DNA of 64,000 nt, taken from NCBI RefSeq assembly GCF_018350175.1, contig NC_058368.1, positions 12,648,001-12,712,000 of the forward strand. The letters run 5' to 3'. This document shows positions 53,416 through 64,000 of this stretch, one piece after another (the stretch's first letter is position 1; each line of letters begins with the position of its first letter). The DNA is from Felis catus (taxonomy: Eukaryota). The position numbers and the translations under genes were made by a program. The notes below the pieces were generated by a model, which saw nothing but the letters and a program-made list of their open reading frames with translations, had not been told where the DNA came from and searched no databases.

Positions 53416-55595
53416 CTAGCCCTAGGAGCTTTGTGAAGTGCCTCAGGGCTTCTTGAAGGTGGGAGAGGGCAGGAGGACAAGGGGGGAAATACCCACTCCC
53501 TCCTCAGGAAAGACAATTCCATTTTGATCTGCTTTAATGTTAAGCTCTATTTGAAGATAATATTTCATTGGGACATGGGAAGGAATTAAAAAAAAAAATC
53601 TTTGAGGAGCCCTGACCTAATCTACCACAAAACATACACCAAAAACTCAGAGAATTAACTTGCCCAAAGTTATGCAGCTCATAAACACCAAAGCTGTGGA
53701 TTAAGCTCGTTCCTCTGATTTTAAATCTTTCCATTACACCACACTTCCTGTTCCTAGGATTGAGCAACCAACATAACTACACATACAATAGCAATATTTA
53801 AAGATAATATCAGAGTTTCATGAACAATGCTCTATGCTAATGGATTTGAAAAGTTTGACAAATGGATGATTTTCTGAACAGTGCTCCTCAGTGTGTAGTC
53901 AGCTGACTTGTCTGAAAACAATTTGTTACCAGTCTGACATGAAGTAAGTACAGAAATTGAGAGTAAGTACTTAGAACCAGGGAAAGCATTTTTTATACTG
54001 CTGCAACATCCAAGCACATAATTTCATATTTTACAAAATATTGGTCTGCAGTGAATTAAGAAAGTCTGTCTTAGAAAACTGCAACTTATAAAAACTGACT
54101 TAAGAAGAAATAGAAAATTTTAACAGAAAAATAAAATTTTAAACAAATTTAAAATTTACAGCCATATTCAAAAAATGGATTAATGGATCAACACCTATCC
54201 CTCTAACAATCCTCCAGTCCAAAATGGTTTATATGCAAATTCTCCCAAGCTTCCACTGAATGGATCATTTCTATTTTATATATCCTCTCTCAGATATTCA
54301 GACAACAGGAAAAGTAATCCAATTCATTTAATGAGGCCAGTATAATCTCATACCTAAACTAGACAAAGACAGTACAGGAAAAACAAACAAACAAAAATCC
54401 TAAAATCCGATCTTTCTCATGACCTTAAGTACAAAAATTCTAGAAAAATATAAAATCAAACCATGCATATATTATGGTTAAGTATTAAATTTGGATATTC
54501 TATTAATATGTCACAATATTGACAGTTTAGAGGGAGGAGTAACAAATCATTAATAGCTGAAGAAAACCAAGTAAGGAAAAGCAAATAAGCCAAAATTCAT
54601 GAAAAGAGAAAAATTACTAGCCCACTAGAAAAAAAGGAACATTTTTAAAAGGTATCTTTTAAATCTGTCATAAATGTTAATAAAAATAAAACAAAAGCAT
54701 ACTCTTTAAAATCAGGAATGAGAAAGTTTTCCAGCTATCATTGTTTCTTTTCTGACGGTGCAGATTGGAAGTGGAGGAGGGGACAGTTACACTTATTAGA
54801 AAGACAGGACTAAACTTTCATCATTGGCATTACTCTCCACATAGAAAAGCCTAGAACTTATGCAAATTAATAGAACAAATAAGGAATTTTGGATTTTATT
54901 AAGATATTGCATATAAAATATTCTTTGATTAGTGTAAAAAGCAACAAATAATTAAAAAAATACAATTTTAGAAGTTGTAACATATTAGTAACTAAATTGG
55001 TAAGTTGTCTAGAAATAAATCTAATAAAAATGGATGATATTTCCAAAAAAATGTATCAAAGTTCACTGGAGGACATCAAAGAAGACCTCACTATTAGAGA
55101 GCTACGTTGTCTTCATGAATGGAAACACTCCATATTATACAGGTGTCAATTCCCCCCCAATTAATTCATAAATTCAATATAATTGCAGTTCTCTTCTCAC
55201 CATGATTTTTTGAGGATCTGGACAAGCTGATTCTGAAATCTTATGGAAAAGTAAAAGGCGAACAAAAGCCAATAAAATCTAGAAGAAAGAAAAGGAAGAG
55301 GAGGAAGGAGTGGAGGAAAAAGAGATAAATAATTCATTTATAATAACTTTTGATTAAACTATTGCAATTATAAAACTATAGAAAATTGATCAATGAAAAC
55401 ATCTAGAAACAGACCCACAAATACAAGGAAATTTGTAATATGATAAGTGATATTATACAGTAGGGGGGAAAGGGTATACTTTTCAATGAATCATGTGGGA
55501 TAACTGATTATCCATATGGAAAGATAAAATTAAGCCCTTACTTCATTTTATTTATAAATTCACATTCCCAGATGGTGTGAAGTCTGAAATTTAAG

Positions 55596-55622
55596 CACAC
55601 ACACACACACACACACACACAC
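55596..55622. repeat. (CA)n microsatellite
   Basis: Direct reading. Confidence 0.95.
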
Positions 55623-55927
55623 TTTAGAATGAAGCATGGAGGGATCTTTAGAATATAGAACTAAAGAAGCATTTTCTTTAAAAAATATTGTAAAATACTA
55701 GTAAAGTACAGAAATAATGTTAATAAAACTTGACTACATTAGAAAGTATATTTTAATTACATTAAAAATTAAAATTTACTATAAACCAAGTAAAAAAGGA
55801 AGTCACAGACTGGGAAGATCCATGGGACCCACATATAAATCCAAAACTCCACAAAGAATCTTTACAATAACAGAGTAAAAATATAGGCAAAGCACTTGAA
55901 CAGGCAATTGAAAAAGCAAGAAGCACA

Positions 55928-56123
55928 GGGGAGCCTGCGTGGCTCAGTTGGTTAAATGTCTGACTTCAGCTCAGGTCATGATCTGGCACTTCAGGAGTTC
56001 AAGCCTACATTGGGCTCTCTGCTCTCAGCACAGAGCCCACTTCAGATCCTCTGTCTCCCTCACTCTCTTCCCCTCCCCTGTTTATACTCTCTCTCTCTCT
56101 CAAAACAAATACATAAACTTAAA
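55928..56123 (+). mobile_element. CAN-SINE inserted in old L1
   Basis: TSD aaaaagcaagaagcaca at 55911-55927 and 56124-56140. Confidence 0.93.
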
Positions 56124-56499
56124 AAAAAGCAAGAAGCACAAATAGATAATGGCATATGAAAATATGCTCAACTTCATTTGGTATCTGGGAATTGAAAAAT
56201 AAAGCAGTGAAGTACCATTTGAAACCATCAGATCAGCAAAACATAATCTGTTGACACCAAGTTTTGGTGTAACGTTAAACATTACGTGGGATTAGTGCAA
56301 CCTTCCTGGAGAGCAATTTGCCAATATTTGGCAAAGTTTACATTGAAATATGGTTCACCAATAGTATCTGTAATAGTATCTGTAAACACTAGACAGGAGT
56401 GCTGAGATGAATGTGTAAGCATATTGATTATGTTCTTTGTTTTACAAAATAGTGGGGGGAAATGCCTGCCCTTGAATAGATTAGATTTTTAAAGGACTC

Positions 56500-56902
56500 T
56501 TCTTTGAGAGAGTGAGCTGGAGTGCAAGTGGGGAAGGGGCAGAGGGAGAGGGAGAGAGAGAATCTTTCTTTTTTTTTAAGTTTTTTTTTAAACATTTACT
56601 CATTTTTGAAAAACGGATAGAATATAAGTGGGGGAGGGACAGAGAGAGAGGGAGACATAGAGTCGAAAGTGGGCTCCAGGCTCTGAGTTGTCAGCACAGA
56701 GCCAGACACATGGCTCAAACACACAAACCATGAGATTATGACCTGAGTCAAAGTCGGAAGCCCAACCGACTGAGCCACCAGGTGCCCCAGGAGGGAGAGA
56801 CTCTTAAGGAGGCTCCATCTGACATGGGGTTCCATCTCCTGATCATGACCTGAGCCAAAATCAAGAGTCAGACACATAATCAACTGAGCCACCCAGGCAC
56901 CC
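56500..56902 (-). mobile_element. CAN-SINE with a second CAN-SINE nested at about 56566-56788
   Basis: The outer element is split by a complete inner reverse element. Confidence 0.88.
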
Positions 56903-56949
56903 AAAATAATTTGTTTTATTTAAAGGACTATTAAATAATCTTAAAGCTA

Positions 56950-59066
56950 ATCCTCATTAGGAGAGCTTTCCCCCTGAGATCAGGAACATGACAGGGATGT
57001 CCACTCTCACCACTGTTGTTTAACATAGTATTGGAAGCTCTAGCCTCAGCAATCAGACAACAAAATGAAATAAAAGGCATCCAAATTGGCAAAGAAGAAG
57101 TTAAACTTTCACGTTTCGCAGACAACATGATACTCTACATGGAAAACCCAACAGACTCCACCGAAAGTCTGCTAGAACTGATATATGAATTCAGCAAAGT
57201 CGCAGGGTACAAAATCAATGTACAGAAATCAGTTGCATTTTTATACACCAATAATGAAGCAATAGAAAGAGAAATAAAGAAACTGATCCCATTTACAACT
57301 GCACCAAGAACCACCAAATACCCAGGAATAAACCTAACCAAAGATGTAAAAGATCTGTATGCTGAAAACTGTAGAAAACTTATGAAAGAAATTGAAGAAG
57401 ACACAAAGAAATGGAAAAACATTTCCTGCTCATGGATTGGAAAAATAAATATTGTTAAAATGTCAATACTACCCAAAGCAATCTACACATTCAATGCAAT
57501 CCCAATCAAAATTGCACTGGCATTCTTCTCAAAGGTAGAACAAACATTCCTAAAATTTGTATGGAACCACAAAAGACCCTGAATAGCCAAAGTAATATTG
57601 AAGAAGAAAACCAAAGCTGGAGGCATCACAATCCCAGACTTTAGCTTCTACTACAAAGCTGTAATCATCATGACAGTATGGTGTTGGCACAAAAACAGAC
57701 ATAGACCAATGGAATAGAATAGAGAACCCAGAATTGGACACACAAATATATGGCCAACTAATCTTTGACAAAGCAGGAAAGAGTATCCAATGGAAAAAAG
57801 ACAGTCTCTTTAACAAATGGTACTGGGAGAACTGGACAGCAACATGCAGAAGAATGAAACTAGACCACTTTATTACATCATACACAAAAATAAACTCAAA
57901 ATGGATGAAAGACCTGAATATGAGACAGAAAACCATCAAAACTCTAGAGGAGAAAGCAGGCAACAACCTCTTTGACCTCAGCCGCAGCAATTTCTTACTT
58001 GACACATCTCCAAAGGCAAGGGAATTAAAAGCAAAAATGAACTATTGGAACCTCATCAAGATAAAAAGTTTCTGCACTGCAAAGAAAACAATCAACAAAA
58101 CTAAAAGGCAACCAACAGAATGGAAAAGATATTTGCAAATGACATATCAGATCAAGGGCTAGTATCCAAAATCTATTAAGAACTCATCAAACTCAACACC
58201 CAAAAAACAAATAATCCAGTGAGGAAATGGGCAGAAGATGTGAACAGACACTTTTCCAAAGAAGACATCCAGATGGCCAACAGGCACATGAAATGATGCT
58301 CAACGTCACTCATCATTAGGGAAATACAAATCAAAACCACACTGAGATACCACCTCACGCCGGCCAGAGTGGCTAAAATGAACAAATCAGGAGACTACAG
58401 ATGCTGGAGAGGATGTGGAGAAACGGGAACCCTCTTGCACTGTTGGTGGGAATGCAAACTGGTACAGCTGCTCTGGAAAACAGTGTGGAGGTTCCTCAAA
58501 AAATTAAAAATAGAACTACCCTATGACCTAGCAATAGCACTGCTAGGAATTTACCCAAGGAATACAGGAGTGCTGATGCATAGGGGCACGTGTACCCCAC
58601 TGTTTATAGCAGCGCTTTAACAATAGCTAAATTATGGAAAGAACCTAAATGTCCATCAACTGATGAATGGATAAAGAAATTGTGGTTTATATACACAATG
58701 GAATACTACTTGGCAATGAGAAAGAATGAAATCTTGCCATTTGCAGCAACATGGATGCCATTTGCAGCAACATGGATGGTATTATGCGAAGTGAAATAAG
58801 TCTGTCAGAGAAAGACAGATACCGTATGTTTTCACTCATATGTGGATCCTGAGAAACTTAACAGAAGACTGTGGTGGGGGGGCAGTTAAACACAGAGAGG
58901 GAGGGAGGCAAACCATAAGAGACTCTTAAATACAGAGAACAAACTGAGGGTTGATGGCGGTTGGGGGAGAGGGGAAAATGGATGATGGGCATTGAGGAGG
59001 GCACTTATTGGGATGAGCACTGGGTGTTGTATGGAAGCCAATTTGACAATAAATTGTGTTAAAAAG
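56950..59066 (+). mobile_element. 5'-truncated feline-type L1 (ORF2 RT C-terminal part + 3'UTR), disrupted
   Basis: ORFs 57016-57582 ([24 protein letters not shown]), 57734-58162 and 58369-58620 ([18 protein letters not shown]) are L1 ORF2. AATAAA near 59048. TSD atcttaaagcta at 56938-56949 and 59067-59078. Confidence 0.97.
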
Positions 59067-59757
59067 ATCTTAAAGCTAGATTTAGCAATATTCACACTGA
59101 CATACTTCAAAAACATTGGTTTGAGTACAAAAAGGTAAACTGAAAAAATACATGTAAAACATATCATTTATATAGATTTAAAAAACTATGCAAGATCATA
59201 TATATATTTATAAATAAGAACACATAGTAAAAGTCCTAACAGTCACATGGGAATGATCCATGCCAACTTTAGAAGGTACCCTCTGAGGAAGGGGGTGATG
59301 AAGGCGGGCTTTACTGTATCTTTAAAGTTTCATTTCTTTAAAAACAAGAACAATGAACAAACAAGGTGGGTTTGTAATAACAATAACACCTATACGTCTT
59401 GGTGATGAATACATGAGTGTCATATGTTGTACTTTGGGATTGTTTCACTGTTAAAATGAAAAATCACTCATTTGATTTTGTTTTTTTAAAAAGAAGAGAC
59501 AAGGATCAAAGAATCATTCACGCTCCAGAGCATAGCACGCACCCCCTGAAGTCAGTTCTCAGCCTGAAGCACATTGCTGAAACTATCTTTTGGCAGGAGA
59601 CGTGGCCAAGCCTGTCCATAGGTTGGCAATGGGTGGGAAGCCACTCTGCCTTCGACTTACAACAGTGACTGACACAGACCAGCCTGGGCCACTAGGAGTC
59701 ATCCTTAGTCATCCCAGTACTCACTGGGGCTTTTGTGGCTTAGAAAACCCAAGTGTT

Positions 59758-59884
59758 GGGGCGCCTGGGTGGCTCAGTCAGTTAAGCGTCCAGCTCTTGG
59801 TTTCAGCTCAGGTCATGATCTCACGGTTTCGTGAGTTCGAGCCCCACATCACATTCTGCACTGACAGTGTGGAGTCTGCTTGGG

Positions 59885-59943
<59 letters not shown>

Positions 59944-60006
59944 GCCTCTCCCCCACTTGCTCTGTCTCTGTCTCTCTCAAAATAAATAAACTAAAAAAAG
60001 AAAAAA
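59758..60006 (+). mobile_element. CAN-SINE
   Basis: Near-perfect TSD agaaaaccca(a/g)gtgtt and long (CT)n. Confidence 0.93.
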
Positions 60007-60149
60007 AGAAAACCCAGGTGTTTTGCTTGCTTGATTTTTGTTTTGTTTTTGCTTCTCTTCTCCTGCAGGTCAAGATAAAAGCAGGGAGGAAGATGCACAG
60101 CATGTCCTTCACCGAGCCTGGCACGGGCAGCACCTTCTGGAGGGTGCTG

Positions 60150-60224
60150 CTAAGCCCTCTGCATTTGCTCCTGGCAGCGGGGGCTCTGTCTATCTCCTCT
60201 CTCGGGAGCACTGGAAGGCCTGAT
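60150..60224 (-). pseudogene. Cadherin pseudogene linker exon remnant
   Basis: Acceptor ctgtcctttcgttcgcactag|. Phase-0 frame reads ...QSPRCQ and another frame reads LPVLPREEID, resembling the VPVL...INE.SP.C linker. The 3' end is uncertain. Confidence 0.35.
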
Positions 60225-60333
60225 CTAGTGCGAACGAAAGGACAGAGTGGTCACAAAAAGATTGGTGTCCAGGTATCAAGGCACACAGGGAGTTATAAGA
60301 GAAAAGCATTCTGCTTCAGCTTTCCCCACTGAC

Positions 60334-60581
60334 CCTTTGTGGGTGGGTGTTTGGTGAAACGGGAAGTCTTCCGAATGTTTGCACGGATGGCTTTGTAACC
60401 TGGGGGAGAGTTGCTGCCTCTGAACATAGTTGACATGGCTTTCCTGCCTCAATTCGGGGTATCCGTTTTCCACCACATAATCTTCCTATTGTCCACACTG
60501 ATTCCTGTTTGGTTTGGCAGGGTGAGCTGCTGGCAGACGTCCTCGGTGCTGAATTCTCCATACTCCACTGTGCAGGGGTTA
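60334..60581 (-). pseudogene. Cadherin pseudogene exon (extracellular repeat)
   Basis: Acceptor ttatttcag|, donor agg|gtcagt, 248 nt open: VTPAQWSMENSAPRTSASSSPC... MENSAPRT resembles the cadherin xPENxxxGT motif. Confidence 0.5.
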
Positions 60582-60714
60582 CTGAAATAACAACCAGCTT
60601 TCCCTCAGTCGTGGAACACGAGCCAAGTGCGACACAAATTGTGAAATTTGTTTCTGGTTACCGGGAAAACTTAAAGAAATCCCAATGAAGCAAAAAGGTC
60701 GACAAAATTCTCTC

Positions 60715-60904
60715 CAACATTTGAACAAAAAAGGTATTTTTCGGGTCTTAGATTTATGGGAGTCAATGCTCCAGCTCCCAGCCAGACTTTCAAACCTCCT
60801 ATTCTTTGCACTACATTATTTAAACACACTGTAAATACCCTTAGTTGCTCTAATAGCAGCTCCATATTGTGCAAGAAGGCCATGGTCTGAAGACCTTGTT
60901 GAAT
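60715..60904 (-). pseudogene. Cadherin pseudogene exon, end of first repeat; donor apparently mutated
   Basis: Acceptor gcctttcag| in phase 0, matching the upstream exon. Open 190 nt ending YLFCSNV-G, followed by gagag where gtgag would be expected. Confidence 0.4.
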
Positions 60905-61092
60905 CTGAAAGGCACGAGTTCCATTTCTGGCACGTTACCTTGAATTAGGACTATGCTAAGAGTGCCAATGAAGTTCACATTTTGACAGCTAGACAAGCAG
61001 GTCATTTATTTGGAAAGACTTTGAATACCTTCCCAGGGTAAAATGCAGTCCTTTATACCCAGAAGGCTTAGAATAAAAGCTTCTTAACTGAC

Positions 61093-61300
61093 TTGATCAG
61101 TATCCCGGACTTTAGGGTGTAGGAAAGTCCTGGTAACTTGGAAATGGAGGAAAGGTGGAAAAACTGTGCCTGGAAAGAAAGCTGCCCCCCCCCCCCACCC
61201 CTGGCCAGGGGTTCCTGCCATGATATTTTCTAACTTGTGTATTGAGGGAAGGTTTATATAGTTTATTGAAAATATTATCTCCTGTGATGACACCCCAAGT
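61093..61300 (-). pseudogene. Cadherin pseudogene exon, start of first extracellular repeat
   Basis: Strong pyrimidine-rich acceptor (...ccctcag|), donor caa|gtcagt, 208 nt open: LGVSSQEIIFSINYINLPSIHKLENIMAGTPG...TVFPPFLHFQ...DTDQ. NLP..L.EN...GT resembles the first-repeat start of CDHR3-type cadherins. Confidence 0.6.
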
Positions 61301-64000
61301 CTGAGGGAAAAAAACACAGAAGAAATGAAGAGAAAATGGGATATCTGAAGTCTCCTAGATAAAACTTATAAACCCATGAGCATGCATCAAACAACCAGCT
61401 GAGTAAATACTATGCACCAGGTCCTGTGCTAGGTTCTCAGGGGATAAATATGAATGAGACACATGTCTTCCCTTTAAAGAGTTTGGGGAAGGCAGGCTAG
61501 ATTGGAAGAGACACATAGTGAGGATCTAATTGTGTATGTGCTCTCACAGCAGTGGGTTTAACCAGGACTGGGAAACTGCGCACTCCCTACAGACACCACA
61601 TCTGCTCTGTTCTGCTTACTACTTACAGGCCTCTGTCAATCCCTTCTGGACCACTGGGTTCTGGCACTCTTCTCCACCATGACAAGGAGGGACACTCCTT
61701 CCACTTCCTTCATGAAACCAACTTTTTTGAAGGAATGTTAACATGGAACTATCAGGCTGTTAATGGCACATTTCTTTCTACTCTCAATAGACCTCCCCAT
61801 GTAGGGTGCCCTGCCAGGGCTTCCCCTACTCCAAACAAAAAGTCATCCCTTCCTTAAGACACTTGGCTTTCCTTTGGCAGAAATTTGCAAAAATTAAAAA
61901 AAAATAGCATGTGCAAATATACTATGTAAGTAACATCTTCCTATATGCATTCTTGTTCAGTGCACAACCTGAATGACCAGTCGTGGTGATCCAACACAAC
62001 AAGACTGCAAAAGAGTTGGGCAAGAGGAAATCCAAACATAGCTTTCCGTAAAACATCTACTCTCTGCATCATCCAAGTCTGGCTGCAAGAGGCCGTACCA
62101 TTCTTTAAGACTTTTTCACAGAGTGTGAGTTTAGGGATCCCGTTTTCTTTTCCTCCTGTCTAGCCCCTCTTCTGGAAATATACCATACACCCTGGCCATC
62201 AGACAAATCTGCACTGCCTTAATTAAACTGTCCCTTTCAAATTCTGTCTCAAAAAGCTCCTGGGCTGGGATGTCCCAAAACCGGGGGCTAGACTTTTGAG
62301 AGCACATGAAACATCCAGAAGAGTCCTAACTTCAGAGGTTCACATGGACCTACCCCCAAATAACCTGTTATTCAAGTAGAGCAGTTAATAAATAGCCTAA
62401 AACTTTTCTTCTGTTCATTTTCTCCTCCAGATCAGAAAGAACTCTTCTGAGCAGCTTGAAAGTTCAAGTTGAGGGATTTAAGAATGAGTCTGAATGGGTC
62501 CCTTCTGCTTTTCTCAGAACTGTGTTGAAGAGAATGGACTCTGCTAGATACTGGCATGCACTGGGGCTGGAGGTTAGGTGCAAAGATGAATGGAAATGGT
62601 CCCTGCCCTCAAATAGCAAATAGGAATAAGGATGCTTCACATTTAAAGCTTCCAAATTATTTTCACATATATCAACACTCACAACAGCTTTGAGAGGTAG
62701 ATGGTATTATGTACTTTTTATAGGTAAAGCTCAGAGAAGATCAGTCCAAGATTACACAAATAGCACGAGTTGAAGTGGGACCAGCAACTGAATCTTCTGC
62801 TCTAAATCATATCCTTCCCTACAGGTGCAGGCATCCTCCACAGTTCAGAGAGGACAAAAGCATCCTTACTGTCACAACAGCAGTGCAAACAGAGTCGTGG
62901 GCCCAGAGGAAGAGGGAGATGATGCCCTCAGGGTGAGGTGAGGTGGGTGGGGTAGGAGGTAGGGAAGCCTAAGGGAGCATGGGTGGGGTTTCAACTGGCA
63001 AGTCCTACTGGGAAGGCGAATGGGGTGGGGAGTGGCAAGAGCACAGCCATATAGGAGAAGGGAGAACTGGAGGCCCCTTAGGAAATAGTCAAGTGTGGCT
63101 GGTCTAAAGGGTATGCAGGGCACAGAGACTTAGAAGCAAGAGTAAGGGAAGGGAAGTGGTCCCTGTCCAGGCTGCTGAGTGTCGATGAGTGCAGTAGGCA
63201 CAGGAGCCACTGGGGTTGGGAAGACTGACATTCATTTAACAGCAAGGTGAAGAAGGAATTAGCAGAAGGGACAGAAAAGGAGGCAGAGACATTCTCAGAT
63301 ACTATCCAGGCCAAAGGAAGAGGTGGGGGTCTCGACAGGGTAGTGACAGTGGGACCAGAAAGCAGGGAGAAGTGTGGATGGCAAGAAATTCACCTTCTCT
63401 CTACTTTCGGAGATTCAGAAGAGGACTTTTAAATGCTCACAAATATACGCATGAAGCAGTCACATTCGTTTGCACTAGTGGAATCCTATTTGTCAGAATC
63501 CCCTTTGTGGGAGCCAATTGTATTTCAAAAAAATTAAGCAGATGAAGCAGAGATGCTCTGACAAAAGAGAGCTTTTTGGGTGCCTGGAGGTCCAGCTTCC
63601 AAAGGTGCACTCAGGCTTAGCTTGACAATAAAATCTCAGGTGGTACTCAAATACCCCCTAAATGCACATTATCTCTGTGGGCACACGGTCTCTGTTTTTG
63701 TTTTATTTTGTGTAATATTGAACTTAGATTCTTTTATACTGTCTGTGACTGACCCTAGCCAAATATTGCTGCACAAAAATTTCAAAATTGGGACTCAGGA
63801 AGATGCCTGGTCCCACTGAGACAAGCTGGCATTATGTGCATTTTTAGCCAGCCAGCCAGTCACGCTTTTACATGTTGGGGATGAAGCAGTGACCAACAGA
63901 GTCAGTCTCTGAGCTCATGGACCTTATAAACTAGTGGGGAGGCCCACAACAAATGCATGTTAGCAAATAATACTATTAGATATAGTCAAGTGGTATGAGA

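Larger units (their letters stand above)
54060..56400 (+). mobile_element. Old degraded L1 ORF2 fragment
   Basis: A-rich sequence with L1 ORF2-like wording (aattcatttaatgaggccagtataat, aaattcaatataatt, gaaacagacccacaaat). Interrupted by (CA)n and a SINE. Confidence 0.8.
34127..61300 (-). pseudogene. Decayed multi-exon cadherin-related gene (CDHR3/CDHR4-like family); probable unitary pseudogene
   Basis: About ten collinear minus-strand segments translate to cadherin-repeat-like motifs (NLP..L.EN...GT; ENSAP.T; D.ND; V.E...GS.I.NIS..D; SLDF; KLD; C.T.LD; MLDQD). A hydrophobic segment with a basic/Cys exit follows. Several segments have AG/GT boundaries in compatible phase; the 3' ones contain stops or frameshifts. 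Family assignment is from recalled motifs only. Confidence 0.65.

Noticed and set aside
53832..54017. Minus ORF with KNAFPGS...SNPL, faintly cadherin-like
   Set aside because: Motif spacing is wrong and there are no convincing splice boundaries.
57016..57582. Longest ORF (188 aa) as a host gene or active reverse transcriptase
   Set aside because: It is a fragment of L1 ORF2 in a 5'-truncated element with stops and frameshifts.
58735..58776. 21-bp tandem duplication
   Set aside because: A local slippage event inside a dead L1 with no evident significance.
60069..60332. Plus-strand acceptor followed by an open frame
   Set aside because: The pyrimidine tract is adjacent to a SINE tail, and the minus-strand cadherin reading explains the region better.
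1..64000. CRISPR arrays, operons or other prokaryotic/phage systems
   Set aside because: The sequence is clearly mammalian, with no regularly spaced repeat-spacer array or dense ORFs.

Overview
Mammalian genomic DNA, almost certainly from a felid: about 40 CAN-SINEs, several of the young feline SINEC_Fc type with intact target-site duplications (TSDs), plus a feline-type L1. The window is AT-rich and repeat-dense (CAN-SINE, L1, ERVL/MaLR/ERV1 LTRs, MER5/MER33, MIR). I see no intact protein-coding gene, RNA gene or CpG island, and most listed ORFs are repeat-derived. The main non-repeat signal is a series of exon-sized minus-strand segments from about 61.3 kb down to 34.1 kb (possibly 25.7 kb). 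They translate into cadherin-repeat-like sequence, then a transmembrane-like segment, then a possible cytoplasmic tail, in the order expected for a CDHR3/CDHR4-type cadherin. Many carry stops or frameshifts, so this looks like a decayed, intron-containing (possibly unitary) cadherin pseudogene. The call rests on manual translation and remembered family motifs, not a database search. Weaker signals: a phase-compatible chain of plus-strand pseudo-exons at 13-30 kb, an AT-rich coding-like tract at 0.2-1.4 kb, a perfect 35-bp inverted repeat, and RFX/ETS motif clusters. Repeat boundaries are approximate unless a TSD is quoted, and subfamily names are from memory.
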